DNA of 64,000 bases, taken from assembly GCA_963674735.2 (NCBI GenBank), contig CAXXQS010000001.1:2336001-2400000 (forward strand), given 5' to 3'. This DNA comes from Myxococcota bacterium. GTDB lineage: Bacteria > Myxococcota_A > SURF-8. Both the position numbers and the translations under genes were made by a program. Below, piece after piece: positions 48,863 through 59,772 of this stretch; the first letter of the stretch is position 1, and every line of letters starts with the position of its first letter. The notes under the pieces were generated by a model, which was not told the DNA's origin, did not search any database, and saw nothing but the letters and a program-made list of their open reading frames with translations.

Positions 48863-50566
48863 ATGACATGCAGGCTGACGGTTTGGGGGATGTGGGTTGT
48901 CGGCTGCGGATTGTGTCTGTTACTGGGATGCGGATCCGACTCAACCTCGTCGAAGAAGAACCCGGACGGCGATAGCGATACCGCCGAAAGCGACACCGAG
49001 TTGGAAGTCGATTGCGAACCGGATAGCGATTCTTCCAACCCCGACATCCCCGACGACATCCCGCCCCTGATCAACACCCGGCCGTTCACGATCGAACGAA
49101 GCCATTCGGAAGCTGGTCCAAGCCCGGACGAAATCAGCGTCTTCACCCGCGATTTCAGCGCCTTTTTCAAAAATAGCGATTACTTTCGCTGGTTGTCTCG
49201 CTACTCGCAAGGACTCCCCGAGGACAACAAGTGGGGCCAGCCCGGCTACAAAGTCTGGTGGACCAATGCCTACGCCACCAAGCATGACGGCCTCGTCACG
49301 ATATCCTGGGAGCGGCCTTCCGACAACAGCACAGCCAAAATCGCGCGGGCGCTGGCGCCGATGCTTGGATTGTGGCTGGCCACGAACGATGAAACGACAC
49401 GCGAATTGGCGCTCGGCTACATGCGCGGTCTGTCGGTCACTTACGACGGCATGATCTGGGACAACGAAGACCCGGTGGTCGATTCGATCATGGCGCGCTG
49501 TATCTTCCATCGCAACTATCAAACCGAACTCGATGGCGGACGTCAACTCGCCATGGATTACGACTCGGTACGCTACGAGATCATCGAACGCCGCCACGAT
49601 ACATTGCACAACCCCGCCAACCCCACCTGGGGCGACATCTACGTCCGCAACAAGCGCTCGAAAGACGATTTCCCCTACCTCTACCGCAGCATGCCCTGGT
49701 TGATCCGCTCGATCTGGGAAAGCGACGATGCCGAGATGCGGGCGGCGGCCATCAAGCTGCTGCGCCAGGTGCGCGCCATGGCGGCGGACATCGTCGAGCA
49801 CGGTTACCTCGTGCGCACCAAAGACGGCGACGGCGTCCCCTTCATCCCGCAGACCGAAGGCGGCCTGGTGGACGATTTCGCATCGTTGGTCAGCTACGAG
49901 CCCTTGTTTCCGAACGCCGAATGCAACGCCAAATTGTCTACGGCCTACCTGGCAGCGGGCAACCGGCTCGATAATGAATGCATCCACGAAAGCGTCGAGT
50001 TTTACGGCGACGGAGGCACCTACGAAGACTTGGCGATCGGCTCGCATTTCTGGAGTTCCAACATGATCTGGGGCTACCACCTCACGGCGGTGGCGGTCGC
50101 GCTGGCCTTCGACGATGCGCCCACGGCTCGGAAGTTGCTCGACGGGTTGGCCACGCGCATCGAGGGTCTGATGGTGGATGAACGCGCCGCTAAAAATACC
50201 GAATGGTGGCCCGATGTGGCTCAGCTTCTCGTGCAGGCCGCCGCCTATGGTCTGCCGCTGACCGGGGATGAAGCGCGCCTGATCCAAACACAGTATCTGG
50301 AAGCCACCGAGCATTATAACAGCCATGTCCCCTGGGATCCGTGGGACGCCTCCGTACCGGACGACACGCCCTACCCCGTCCTGCCCGATCGCAATCAGCT
50401 CGACGGCGCAGGCGCGGTACTGAAAACCTACGTCCGCATCACGGAAATTCTCAATCTCTTCGAATACTGCGCCTCACCGCTCAAAGCCGAAACCGGGGCG
50501 TCTTTCGTGGATTGCGCCCGGCTGCTCGACCCCGAGCGCTGGGGGACGGACGGTCTGCATGAATAA
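48863..50566 (+). CDS. Hypothetical lipoprotein with a largely helical body
   Basis: Lipobox LLLGC, PDGDSD linker, strong GC3 bias; no motif recognised. Confidence 0.75.
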   Translation: MTCRLTVWGMWVVGCGLCLLLGCGSDSTSSKKNPDGDSDTAESDTELEVDCEPDSDSSNPDIPDDIPPLINTRPFTIERSHSEAGPSPDEISVFTRDFSAFFKNSDYFRWLSRYSQGLPEDNKWGQPGYKVWWTNAYATKHDGLVTISWERPSDNSTAKIARALAPMLGLWLATNDETTRELALGYMRGLSVTYDGMIWDNEDPVVDSIMARCIFHRNYQTELDGGRQLAMDYDSVRYEIIERRHDTLHNPANPTWGDIYVRNKRSKDDFPYLYRSMPWLIRSIWESDDAEMRAAAIKLLRQVRAMAADIVEHGYLVRTKDGDGVPFIPQTEGGLVDDFASLVSYEPLFPNAECNAKLSTAYLAAGNRLDNECIHESVEFYGDGGTYEDLAIGSHFWSSNMIWGYHLTAVAVALAFDDAPTARKLLDGLATRIEGLMVDERAAKNTEWWPDVAQLLVQAAAYGLPLTGDEARLIQTQYLEATEHYNSHVPWDPWDASVPDDTPYPVLPDRNQLDGAGAVLKTYVRITEILNLFEYCASPLKAETGASFVDCARLLDPERWGTDGLHE

Positions 50567-50599
50567 GGATTTATCTCGAAGATCGGCAGGAAGTCCCCG

Positions 50600-53503
50600 T
50601 TACCTCTTTTCCAGGGGTTTGTCGAGCACGTCCCGGATGCTTTGAAGCAACACTCTCGTCGAGAAGGGTTTGGAAATGAAGTGGTTGCCTCTTTCCAGAA
50701 CCTTCCGTAAAGCGACAACATTTTCCGTATACCCGGACATGAAAATCACTTTGAGATCGGGTAAAATATCTCGAATTTTTCCGAGCAAGGCCAATCCGTT
50801 CATTCCGGGAAGCACGACATCCGTAAGCAATAAATCGATTTCATCCTTGTGCTCGCGGCAGATCGCCATCGCGGATTCGCCATCGCTGGCAGATAAAACC
50901 GTGTATCCATGAGATTGAAGCACCTTGCTTGTCAAGGTTCGAACGATATTCTCATCTTCAACCAGCATGATCGTCTCATCGCCCGAAGACAACTCGGCCT
51001 CTGTTTTCGAGCTATCGGCTCCCTCCACCTCATCGTAAACCGCCGGAAAATGCGCTTTGAAGATGGATCCCTGCCCAATCGATGATGAAACGGTAATGAA
51101 TCCCTGATTTTGTTTCAAAATACCGTATACCGTCGATAACCCGAGCCCGGTTCCACTCCCCTTTTCCTTGGTCGTGAAAAACGGTTCGAACAAATGCTCG
51201 CAGGTGTTGTCATCCATCCCGCAACCCGTATCCCGAACCAGTAAACGCACATATTCGCCCGGAACGGCATCGCGGTTATGCTCCTGGTTCTCCTCACCAA
51301 TGATGACACGATCGGTTTCAATCACAAGTTTTCCGCCACTTGGCATCGCATCCCGGGCATTGACGGCGAGGTTCACCAGTACCTGTTCCATCTGGCCGGG
51401 ATCGACTTTCACGTGTCCGATTTCTTCGCCGGGCCGGAATGTATAGCTGATATCCTCTCCAATCAAAGGTTTAAGCATACCACCCAGGTCTTTTATCAGG
51501 TCATTGATATCAACCACTTTGGGGTGGATAATTTGTTTGCGCGAAAAAGCCAGCAGTTGGGAAGTCAACGCCGCCGCTCGTTTGGCCGCCTTATGAATTT
51601 CGAGTAAATCCTCGTAGTCTTCGTGATTTTCCGATAAAGACGGCATCAGCATCTCGGAATAGCCGATGATACCCGTTAAAATATTGTTGAAATCGTGGGC
51701 CACTCCACCGGCCAAACGTCCCACCGCTTCCAATCTCTGAGAATGCTCCAACTGGGTCACCAACCGCTTGCGCTCTTCATCCGCCTGAAGGTATTCCGTG
51801 ATATCTTCGGAAATGGAAAGCAAATACTGAGGTAAACCGGTCTTATCGAGAATCGGCAGTTTTTTGGTGTGCAGGACGCGCTCACCTTGACTCGTTGTCA
51901 AAATACGTTCTTCCCGGATATCCACCAGTTGCCGACTGGTCACGATGGCCCGTTCTTCCGCAACCTGTTTTTCCGCTTTTTCCTTGGGATAGATATCGAG
52001 ATCGCTTTTCCCTAAAAACACTTCCCGGTCGTATCCCAGTAAATCCTCTCCCGCTTTGTTGAAGCGGACATAATGGAGTTTTTCCGCATCCTTCACGATG
52101 ATCATGTTGGGAATATTTTCGATGATATCGTTCAGGAAACGCTCGCTTTTATGTAATCCCTCCAACGTCTCCCGCAATCGGGTCGTCATGATATTGAACG
52201 CACGGGCCAGCTGACCGATTTCGTCCCGCGAGTCGATATCGACCGTTTGATTCAAATCGCCATCGATGATGGTTTCGACAAAGGCCTGCATCTCATGAAC
52301 CGGGCGAGCAATCGTTCTGGCAATTAAAACCCCGATGAGCCCGACCAGCAGCGTAATGATGATACCGGTCACAAACATGACACTCATCATGCGGATACGA
52401 CCATCGGAAAGAACGGCGTGGAAGGTTTGCAACTCGTATTCGTAAGCGCTGGCGCCGATAACCCAATCCCAAGGTTCATAGTAGGCCAGTCGCGCAATTT
52501 TCCAGTGCGATTCCGTCTCCCCTATATTTTTCCAAGGATAACGGATCGTCCCCAATTCGCCCGACTTGAGCGAGATCGCTTGATTGATAATGTCGCGAAT
52601 CGTATATCGGCCCCTGTTGTCTTGGACATACCACAGGTCTTCACCGTCTCTCAGGCCGTTCTTTGAAACGATATAATGCCCTCGCTCGGCTCCTTTCCCG
52701 CCTAGAATATACACGTACCCGGTTTTCCCGATTTCCGTTTGCAAAATGGCGGGACGAATACGCGCCTCGATACTCTTTTGCTTGATGCCCACATACAGCA
52801 TACCCACAAGCCGGCCCTGCTTGTCGTGCAGTGGTTCATAGGCGGTGATATACCAGGCATTCACCACCCAGGCGCGGCCGTGATAGTTCTGGCCATCCAA
52901 AATAGTGGCAACCACCGGGTTGGGCTCCCCATCGGGATTGATAGCCGGAATATACGTGCCAATGGCACGCTCGCTCTCCAAACTTTCAACGTTGGTGGCC
53001 ACACGCAGCATATCGCCTTCGTCGTTGATGCGTTGGAAGATGGTGGCCGTTTCTCCCACCAGATTCGTGATTTCATCGATCACCAGAGTTGGTCTATTCA
53101 GATCCCGATTTTGTTCGAGCCACTGCCCCCCCACCATCATCTTCGGCAATTCGACGACCTGGACCTCTTTGGTATATTGATTGATTATCGGCCATTTGAC
53201 CGGTTCCAATGACAGCTCCACCTCACCGGCGTTATCGAAAATGTGCCGCGCCACGTTCAGGTTGTAATCCACCTGTTGCTGAACGGCCTCGTTTTCCGTC
53301 TGCACGAGGTGGTAAACACTGCGGGTGATGTGATCCAGGTCGGCACTAATCAGATCGTTGACTTCGCTCTGGGCAAGCCGATTGTAAAGACCGCTTTCCC
53401 ACGTAGCCAAGATGAGAAGAGCCGCGACCGTTATCAACACGCTAAAAGCACCAAGCAGCGAAACCTTGATGTTTAGCTTAAGATTTCGAATGAATGTCAG
53501 CAT
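50600..53503 (-). CDS. Hybrid sensor kinase (Cache_3/Cache_2-HAMP-PAS-HisKA-HATPase-REC)
   Basis: TATIFQR..MLRVATNV..RAIGT, IGKTGYVY, SRDEIG.L, AHDFNN, NARDAM, LLTDVV.PG. Confidence 0.93.
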   Translation of the reverse strand: MLTFIRNLKLNIKVSLLGAFSVLITVAALLILATWESGLYNRLAQSEVNDLISADLDHITRSVYHLVQTENEAVQQQVDYNLNVARHIFDNAGEVELSLEPVKWPIINQYTKEVQVVELPKMMVGGQWLEQNRDLNRPTLVIDEITNLVGETATIFQRINDEGDMLRVATNVESLESERAIGTYIPAINPDGEPNPVVATILDGQNYHGRAWVVNAWYITAYEPLHDKQGRLVGMLYVGIKQKSIEARIRPAILQTEIGKTGYVYILGGKGAERGHYIVSKNGLRDGEDLWYVQDNRGRYTIRDIINQAISLKSGELGTIRYPWKNIGETESHWKIARLAYYEPWDWVIGASAYEYELQTFHAVLSDGRIRMMSVMFVTGIIITLLVGLIGVLIARTIARPVHEMQAFVETIIDGDLNQTVDIDSRDEIGQLARAFNIMTTRLRETLEGLHKSERFLNDIIENIPNMIIVKDAEKLHYVRFNKAGEDLLGYDREVFLGKSDLDIYPKEKAEKQVAEERAIVTSRQLVDIREERILTTSQGERVLHTKKLPILDKTGLPQYLLSISEDITEYLQADEERKRLVTQLEHSQRLEAVGRLAGGVAHDFNNILTGIIGYSEMLMPSLSENHEDYEDLLEIHKAAKRAAALTSQLLAFSRKQIIHPKVVDINDLIKDLGGMLKPLIGEDISYTFRPGEEIGHVKVDPGQMEQVLVNLAVNARDAMPSGGKLVIETDRVIIGEENQEHNRDAVPGEYVRLLVRDTGCGMDDNTCEHLFEPFFTTKEKGSGTGLGLSTVYGILKQNQGFITVSSSIGQGSIFKAHFPAVYDEVEGADSSKTEAELSSGDETIMLVEDENIVRTLTSKVLQSHGYTVLSASDGESAMAICREHKDEIDLLLTDVVLPGMNGLALLGKIRDILPDLKVIFMSGYTENVVALRKVLERGNHFISKPFSTRVLLQSIRDVLDKPLEKR

Positions 53504-53886
53504 TTAGCCTCTGAACTTGTCACGAAACAGCAAGAAAACGAACTGCCGTTTGATCGGTTGAATTCCTGTGCCGGTGGCCATAATCGCAACATTTTTAGAA
53601 ACGCCCCACAATATTAGATCGGGGCAAACGCAAAAATGTTTAGTAAGTATTCATACTATATTTCGCCTTAAGATTCTCGTATATACAGCTAACCCAATCC
53701 CATTTATGCTATTTTTTTCAATTTCGTCTAATTCCGATCGAACAGACCGAGACTTAGTCGACAGCCGGACCAGCTTACTTTGCGATATTATAAGATATTT
53801 CACGTTTCATCCGCATTTTTTCATCGAAATCAGATCTGGATTTGTTCTTTCACGGTCGAGTTATTTTGTCTAAAGAGGCACGAGTT

Positions 53887-56157
53887 CTAGGAATCCAACA
53901 CATCGCGCACTTTCCGGGCCAACATCTGCGGAGTGTAGGGTTTTCCGATAAAGTTGACGTCCTTGTCCAAAACACCGTGATGCGCGATGATATCGTCCGT
54001 ATACCCGGATGTATACAACACTTTCAGATCCCGACGGGTGGCCCTGAGCCGCTCTGCCAACTCGCGTCCGTTCATGTTGGGCATGACGACATCCGTCATC
54101 AACAGGCTGAGGTTTGGAACAATTTCATTAGACATAACGAGGGCTTGAGGACCACCATCCGTTTGGAAGACCGTATAACCTTGACGTGTGAGAATCTTCA
54201 CCGCGATGCTCCGCACCCTCTTTTCATCTTCGACAACCAGCACCGTCTCCGTACCTCTGGGCAAATCGTCCATATCCGCCGTTTGGGTGAACATGTCGGT
54301 TTCTGCCTCAACCGCTGGAAAGAAAACCTCAAAGGTACTTCCACCACCGGGCTCGGAATGAACCTCAATGCTGCCGCCGTTTTGTTTGACCGCTCCGTAG
54401 ACGGTCGCCAACCCCAAGCCGGTGCCTTTGTCGATTGCCTTGGTCGTGAAAAAGGGCTCGAAAATATGGGTGCGTATCGTTTCATCCATGCCGATTCCAT
54501 CATCGGATACGGTCATCACAACATAGTCCCCCGGAACGACATAAGCATGGCTTTTACAGTAATCTTCATCGCAGGTGACATTACGGGTTTGCAATGTCAA
54601 ACGGCCCCCATCCGGCATGGCGTCGCGGGCATTGACGGCCAGGTTGATCAGAATCTGCTCCACCTGTCCCGGATCGACTTTGGTTCGCCTCAGATCCCGG
54701 CATGGGTGGTAAATCAGATCGACATCTTCCCCGATTAGTCGACGCAACATCTTAAACGAATGATCGATCACCTTGTTTAGGTTCAACACCTTGGGAGAAA
54801 TGATCTGTTTACGTGAAAATACAAGGAGTTGACGGGTCAAGGCGGCGGCACTGTCGGCGGCTTTCTCGATCTCTTTGAACGTTTCCCGTTGCGGGTCCCC
54901 GCGCGGAAGATCCATCAAGGCAAGCGAGACATTCCCCGTAATGCCGGTCAGCAGGTTGTTGAAATCGTGGGCCACACCGCCTGCCAGCCGACCGATGGAT
55001 TCCATTTTCTGAGCTTGTTGAAGCTGGACCTGCAGCTTTTCCGTTTCGACCTGAGCCTGCCGCCGTTCACGAATATCGCGGGTCGTTCCCTGCAGGCCGA
55101 TGGGCTTTCCACGATCATCACGAAGAATCTTTCCGGTCACTTCCACCGGAACCGCAATCCCATTGCGGTCCAACACCGCGATTTCGGCATTCCCGAAATT
55201 GATGCTCGTCGTGCCTTTCAAAGCCTTGCCTATCTGTGAGCGGAATAGCTGCAATGTCTCAGGGGCAAAATAATGATCGATGCAACTCCCAACCACTTCT
55301 TCCGGCTTCCAACCGGTTAGATTCTCACAGGCGGGATTGATGTAGGTAAACTTGCCCTGCATGTCCGCCGTCCAGATGACATCCAGAGTATTGTCTGCCA
55401 GAAGACGGTAACCTTCCTCGCTTTTTGCCAAGGCTTTCTCGGATCGTCTGCGTTCATCGATTTCCTCCAGCAACTGGCGGTTGACACTCTCCACTTCATC
55501 CGCTTTATCTTTGATGGAGTCCATCAGCTCTCTTTGCTTGCCGATCGCACTCTTGAGAGCCTGCAATATGGAAACAACCGAAATCGTGGTCAGAATATTG
55601 AGAAGAATGAAGTTGACCACAATCACAACCCATTTTTGAATCGGGTTATCCGCCTCCAATTGCCAGCTTAAAAAGCCGAATTCGAGAAACACGCCAATTC
55701 CGACCAGCACCACCGTATTGACAAACAACGCCAAATACGCACTGCGCTTCCCCAGCAAAACCCCCGTAATAACAGGAAAAGCGAACAACCAGACCGGTCC
55801 GCCGCCAAAGGGGCCGAGTGTAACCAGCAACAGCAGACCGATGAAAAACACGGCCCAGTTCATGATCGTGGCCCGAAGCCGATATCCCAGGCTGTCTTTG
55901 GAATAGAGCAGACAGCCAAGAAAAAAGATCACGATATCTATCACCCCAATCAGATAGCGTTTTTCATAAAAAGAGAGATAAACGCTTGGAATAACAGCAA
56001 ATACTCCGAAAACAAGACTGATCCCGAGAATTTTTTTAATGAAAGCTTCTTGCCAGACAATCAGAATACGATCCCCATCAGCGGAATCCGAAGAAGTCGC
56101 TCTCCTGGGTCGAGTCACCACAGAAAGATGAACATTGGTTTGTTTTTCTGTCCCCAT
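53887..56157 (-). CDS. Hybrid sensor kinase (multi-TM, PAS-HisKA-HATPase-REC)
   Basis: 5-6 TM N-terminus, [28 protein letters not shown]. Confidence 0.93.
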   Translation of the reverse strand: MGTEKQTNVHLSVVTRPRRATSSDSADGDRILIVWQEAFIKKILGISLVFGVFAVIPSVYLSFYEKRYLIGVIDIVIFFLGCLLYSKDSLGYRLRATIMNWAVFFIGLLLLVTLGPFGGGPVWLFAFPVITGVLLGKRSAYLALFVNTVVLVGIGVFLEFGFLSWQLEADNPIQKWVVIVVNFILLNILTTISVVSILQALKSAIGKQRELMDSIKDKADEVESVNRQLLEEIDERRRSEKALAKSEEGYRLLADNTLDVIWTADMQGKFTYINPACENLTGWKPEEVVGSCIDHYFAPETLQLFRSQIGKALKGTTSINFGNAEIAVLDRNGIAVPVEVTGKILRDDRGKPIGLQGTTRDIRERRQAQVETEKLQVQLQQAQKMESIGRLAGGVAHDFNNLLTGITGNVSLALMDLPRGDPQRETFKEIEKAADSAAALTRQLLVFSRKQIISPKVLNLNKVIDHSFKMLRRLIGEDVDLIYHPCRDLRRTKVDPGQVEQILINLAVNARDAMPDGGRLTLQTRNVTCDEDYCKSHAYVVPGDYVVMTVSDDGIGMDETIRTHIFEPFFTTKAIDKGTGLGLATVYGAVKQNGGSIEVHSEPGGGSTFEVFFPAVEAETDMFTQTADMDDLPRGTETVLVVEDEKRVRSIAVKILTRQGYTVFQTDGGPQALVMSNEIVPNLSLLMTDVVMPNMNGRELAERLRATRRDLKVLYTSGYTDDIIAHHGVLDKDVNFIGKPYTPQMLARKVRDVLDS

Positions 56158-56574
56158 GTTGTCATCTCTTAAGGCAAATCTTGAATAACATCACGCTACC
56201 TATCTTCGGATAGAGTGTAAAGATGATTAAAGAATTCTAACTTTATATTGAGAACGGGAAAAAAAAACGAGGAGAGACGAAGATGCCGGAAGTTGACGTG
56301 ACTTATGGCGGGAAAATGGAAAAAGCCCTGGAGCCTCAGCAGCTTCAGGGCCACCCGTTACGGTGACCGTTTACGGAGTTAGAATCCGGGCTGATAGAAT
56401 GGCAAAGACTTGAATGTTATGATCGGAAGTTGGTTAAAGCTGAAGTTCAACCTTATTCTTGTCGGGTAATCCAAGCCCCCTTTCCCATGATTTTACACCA
56501 TAATAATCCTTTGTATTCAATGGGTTATGGATTTCCAGAACTCTTGCATCCAGTAATCCGATATGATTTCAGCA

Positions 56575-56603
56575 TTGACATTCCTGAGATATGGCCGTAT
56601 GTT
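56575..56603 (+). promoter_or_regulatory. Sigma70-like promoter of the metal efflux operon
   Basis: TTGACA-17-TATGTT. Confidence 0.55.
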
Positions 56604-56642
56604 GGCAAAAGTAGTGAGACTGACCGCTGAAGGACTTCGATA

Positions 56643-56999
56643 GTGACGGTTTCGGTAGCAAATAGAGGTTTGACGATCTTGATATTGGCCGTTTTCGGCC
56701 TGTCGTCGATATCCGTCTGCATGCACGACTTTTCCGAAGTGGGCACTTACTCGGCAGAATCGTCAACGTCAACTCACGCGGAAGCCGATTTTCTTTCCGC
56801 GACCTGCCCGCATGACGATGGTCATGAGAACCATGCGGATTCGCACACCTGTCCTTGTCTCTGTCACGTACCGGTTTCGTTGGGTCAGGCTTCATTTGCA
56901 GCTTTTCATCACAACCCGGAAACCGTTATTGCCAACCTGTTTTCGACCCTTGCCAATGGCTTCTCGACCCGTCTGGAACGGCCTCCAAGATTTTCCTGA
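56643..56999 (+). CDS. Small secreted His/Cys-rich protein (CzcI/DUF2946-like)
   Basis: Signal peptide, CPHDDGHENHADSHTCPCLCH, C-terminal ERPPR; first gene of the CBA operon. Confidence 0.7.
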   Translation: MTVSVANRGLTILILAVFGLSSISVCMHDFSEVGTYSAESSTSTHAEADFLSATCPHDDGHENHADSHTCPCLCHVPVSLGQASFAAFHHNPETVIANLFSTLANGFSTRLERPPRFS

Positions 57000-57090
57000 T
57001 CGCACCGCCCCCTAGGGATACGACCGTCTGAAATCAGATGACAGATGGGCGCAAGTCCGTCTGCCACTACGGTAGCGAAAAGGAATTCGT

Positions 57091-58329
57091 ATGTACAAAC
57101 ATATTGTTACACTGTGCATCGCAGCATTTCTTCTTACTTTTGGTGTTCAAGCGCCCCATGCACAGGAGGCGTCGGTTCTACGTTGGTCGGACATCGAAGC
57201 CGCCATCGATCGGCACCCGACCATGAAAAGGGCCACTGCGCAAACCGATGCCGCACAAGCAGAGATTGGCGTCAGTCGCCAATATCCAAATCCGGAAATC
57301 GGAGCAAGCATCGGCCAGGGACGCGCCAACGACGGTTCCGAAAGCGGGTTGGTCTGGGGAATTGAACTGGAGATACCCATTGATGCACCGGGAGCCTATC
57401 TGAATGAAACAGAGGCTGCCCAGGCCGGTCATCAAGCCGCGAGAGCCGAAGTGCTGGTTCGACGGTTGCAGGTAGAACGCGATCTCAAAACACTGTTCCT
57501 CAGCATCGCCTTCGGTCAGGAGCGCTTGCAACTGAAGGAGGAAAACGTCGCCCGGCTGACAAAGCTGGTCGACATCGCCCGCTTGCGTGTCACACAAGGC
57601 GAGGCGCGTCCGATGGAGGCGACAAGGCTGGAGATCGAGTTGGAGAAGGAAAAACTCGAACGGGCTTCCGTAAAGCGGGAGTTGGATGCACAGCGGGACA
57701 GTTTGAACCTATGGATGGGTGGCAAACTGCCAGCTGAGTATTCGATCTCGTTCGCGTGGAAGGAACTTCCCACTCTGCCTGAACGGAATCATATGTTTGA
57801 GCATACCCAACGAAACCACCCGGAATTGCGTTCCGCTGCTCTACACATCAAAGCAGCCGCAGCACACACCAGAGCCGAACGCCACGAGCTTTTCCCGAAC
57901 ATGAGCATCGGCGGCTTCTACGATCGGGAATTGGACGCTTACAATTACGGCGGCATGCTGAGTATCGAGTTGCCGTTATGGAACTGGAATCGGGGAGGCA
58001 TAGCCAAAGCGCGTGCGGAGGAACGCATCGCCCGACATGAGCGTGAGGTGATCGAACGGGAATTGCGCTCCACAACCTTGCTGGCCTACGCAAAAGCTGA
58101 AGAAGCCATTCTACGCGCTCGCAGATTTGCCGATTCCATTCTTCCGAAGGCAAGACAAGCGGCTGAAGAATTTGCTGCCATGTACCGGGTAGGAGAAACC
58201 GGGCTGGTCGATTTACTCGACACTCGCCGAGAACGCAACCAACTTGAAACCGATATGCTCGCCGCCTTCGAAGCGGGCTGGCTGGCTCACCTCGAACTCA
58301 TTACGCTCCTTGGAGGCGACCATGAATAA
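57091..58329 (+). CDS. czcC: TolC-family outer membrane protein (CzcC-like)
   Basis: Signal peptide, YPNPE, LSIELPLWNWNRG, YRVGE...DLLD. Confidence 0.88.
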   Translation: MYKHIVTLCIAAFLLTFGVQAPHAQEASVLRWSDIEAAIDRHPTMKRATAQTDAAQAEIGVSRQYPNPEIGASIGQGRANDGSESGLVWGIELEIPIDAPGAYLNETEAAQAGHQAARAEVLVRRLQVERDLKTLFLSIAFGQERLQLKEENVARLTKLVDIARLRVTQGEARPMEATRLEIELEKEKLERASVKRELDAQRDSLNLWMGGKLPAEYSISFAWKELPTLPERNHMFEHTQRNHPELRSAALHIKAAAAHTRAERHELFPNMSIGGFYDRELDAYNYGGMLSIELPLWNWNRGGIAKARAEERIARHEREVIERELRSTTLLAYAKAEEAILRARRFADSILPKARQAAEEFAAMYRVGETGLVDLLDTRRERNQLETDMLAAFEAGWLAHLELITLLGGDHE

Positions 58330-59764
58330 GCGACTTGCGCTAGACTTGATTGGGCTTGGATTATTCCTACTGACGATAAGCATGTTCTCAGCCTGTGATC
58401 AACATACCGGAGAGCAGGACGACCATGCAGACCACGAACATGAAGATCGCGATGTCCATGACAAGCATGACGAACAGGCAGGCCACGTGCAAAAGGATTG
58501 CGAACACGACCTCCACAACACTCATGATGAGCACGAAGACGAGCATGAAGATCACGACGAACATGACGCCCACGACCACGGTGCAGGTGAAGATTTGAAC
58601 AAGAGCGTGGAGGAATTGTTCGCGGCTGAATGCGAGCATGATGTCAAAACGCATGCCTGTGACGAGTGCCGCTATGAAGTGGGCGTGGTCAAGGTGGCGC
58701 AGAACTTGATTGAGCAGGGACTGGTCAAGGTGCGCAAGGTCGAGAATCGCAACTTCGACACCGAAATTGCGCTGACCGGCGAGATCGCCTTCGACGAACG
58801 CAAGGTGGTGCACCTCTCACCCAGAGTAAGCGGCATTGTCACCCGCGTGTCGGTCGATCTCGGCCAATCCGTCAAGACTGGGCAAAAACTGGTGGTTCTG
58901 GAAAGCATAGAGTTGGCGGAAGCGCAGGCCGCATACCTGGAAGCTCTAGCCGAAACACAGTTAGCCCAGAAAACGTTTCAGCGGCAACAAACGCTACGAA
59001 AACGGAACATTACCAGCGAACGGGAGTTTCTGGAGACTGAACAATCCTTCGAAGCGGCCAAAATCAGGAGCAACGCCGCCAGACAGAAACTGTTACGCCT
59101 TGGTCTTTCGTCTTCCACCATCAACCGATTGGAACGCGGTGGGTTGTCGGCGGCTACCGGCACATTGACCGTCAGTGCGCCTTTTGCAGGTGAAGTATTG
59201 CAACTGCAAGCGGCGCGAGGCGAGCAGATCGACCCTGGAGCCGAGATGCTGCTTCTTGGCGATACCCGCTCGCTCTGGGTTTGGGTTAACCTGTACGAAT
59301 CGCAGTTGTCCCAGGTGAAACAGGCACTCGACGAAAACGGAATCCCCGTAACCGTGTCGGTGCGCTCCTATCCGAATGAAACATTCAGCGGACGACTGAA
59401 TTTCGTCGGTCGCGTGATGGACGAGCACACCCGAACGGTCAAAGCCCGTGTCGGCATAGACAATTCGGACGGCAAGCTCAAGCCGGGTATGTTCGCAAAG
59501 GTCTCCCTCGGCTTGGATGCAGCGAGAGGCAAGCCCGCCATACCTGAAACGGCGGTGCTTTCCGATGAAGGACGCGATTTCGTCTTCGTCCATCACGAAG
59601 ATGACTATTTCATTCGCCGCCCCGTCACGAAGGGGCGAACGTCCAATGGGTGGGTCGAATTGATCGACGGTGTCGACCCAGGCCGGACGGTTGCCGTTGC
59701 CGGAGTTTTTCTTCTTAAATCCGATGTCCTGCGCTCCAAGATGGGCGAAGGCTGCGCACATTAG
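58322..59764 (+). CDS. czcB: Heavy-metal RND periplasmic adaptor (CzcB-like) with His-rich N-terminus
   Basis: His/Asp/Glu tract, SPRVSGIV, APFAGEV, TRTVKAR, LKPGMF. Confidence 0.9.
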   Translation: MNKRLALDLIGLGLFLLTISMFSACDQHTGEQDDHADHEHEDRDVHDKHDEQAGHVQKDCEHDLHNTHDEHEDEHEDHDEHDAHDHGAGEDLNKSVEELFAAECEHDVKTHACDECRYEVGVVKVAQNLIEQGLVKVRKVENRNFDTEIALTGEIAFDERKVVHLSPRVSGIVTRVSVDLGQSVKTGQKLVVLESIELAEAQAAYLEALAETQLAQKTFQRQQTLRKRNITSEREFLETEQSFEAAKIRSNAARQKLLRLGLSSSTINRLERGGLSAATGTLTVSAPFAGEVLQLQAARGEQIDPGAEMLLLGDTRSLWVWVNLYESQLSQVKQALDENGIPVTVSVRSYPNETFSGRLNFVGRVMDEHTRTVKARVGIDNSDGKLKPGMFAKVSLGLDAARGKPAIPETAVLSDEGRDFVFVHHEDDYFIRRPVTKGRTSNGWVELIDGVDPGRTVAVAGVFLLKSDVLRSKMGEGCAH

Positions 59765-59772
59765 GAGGCGAC

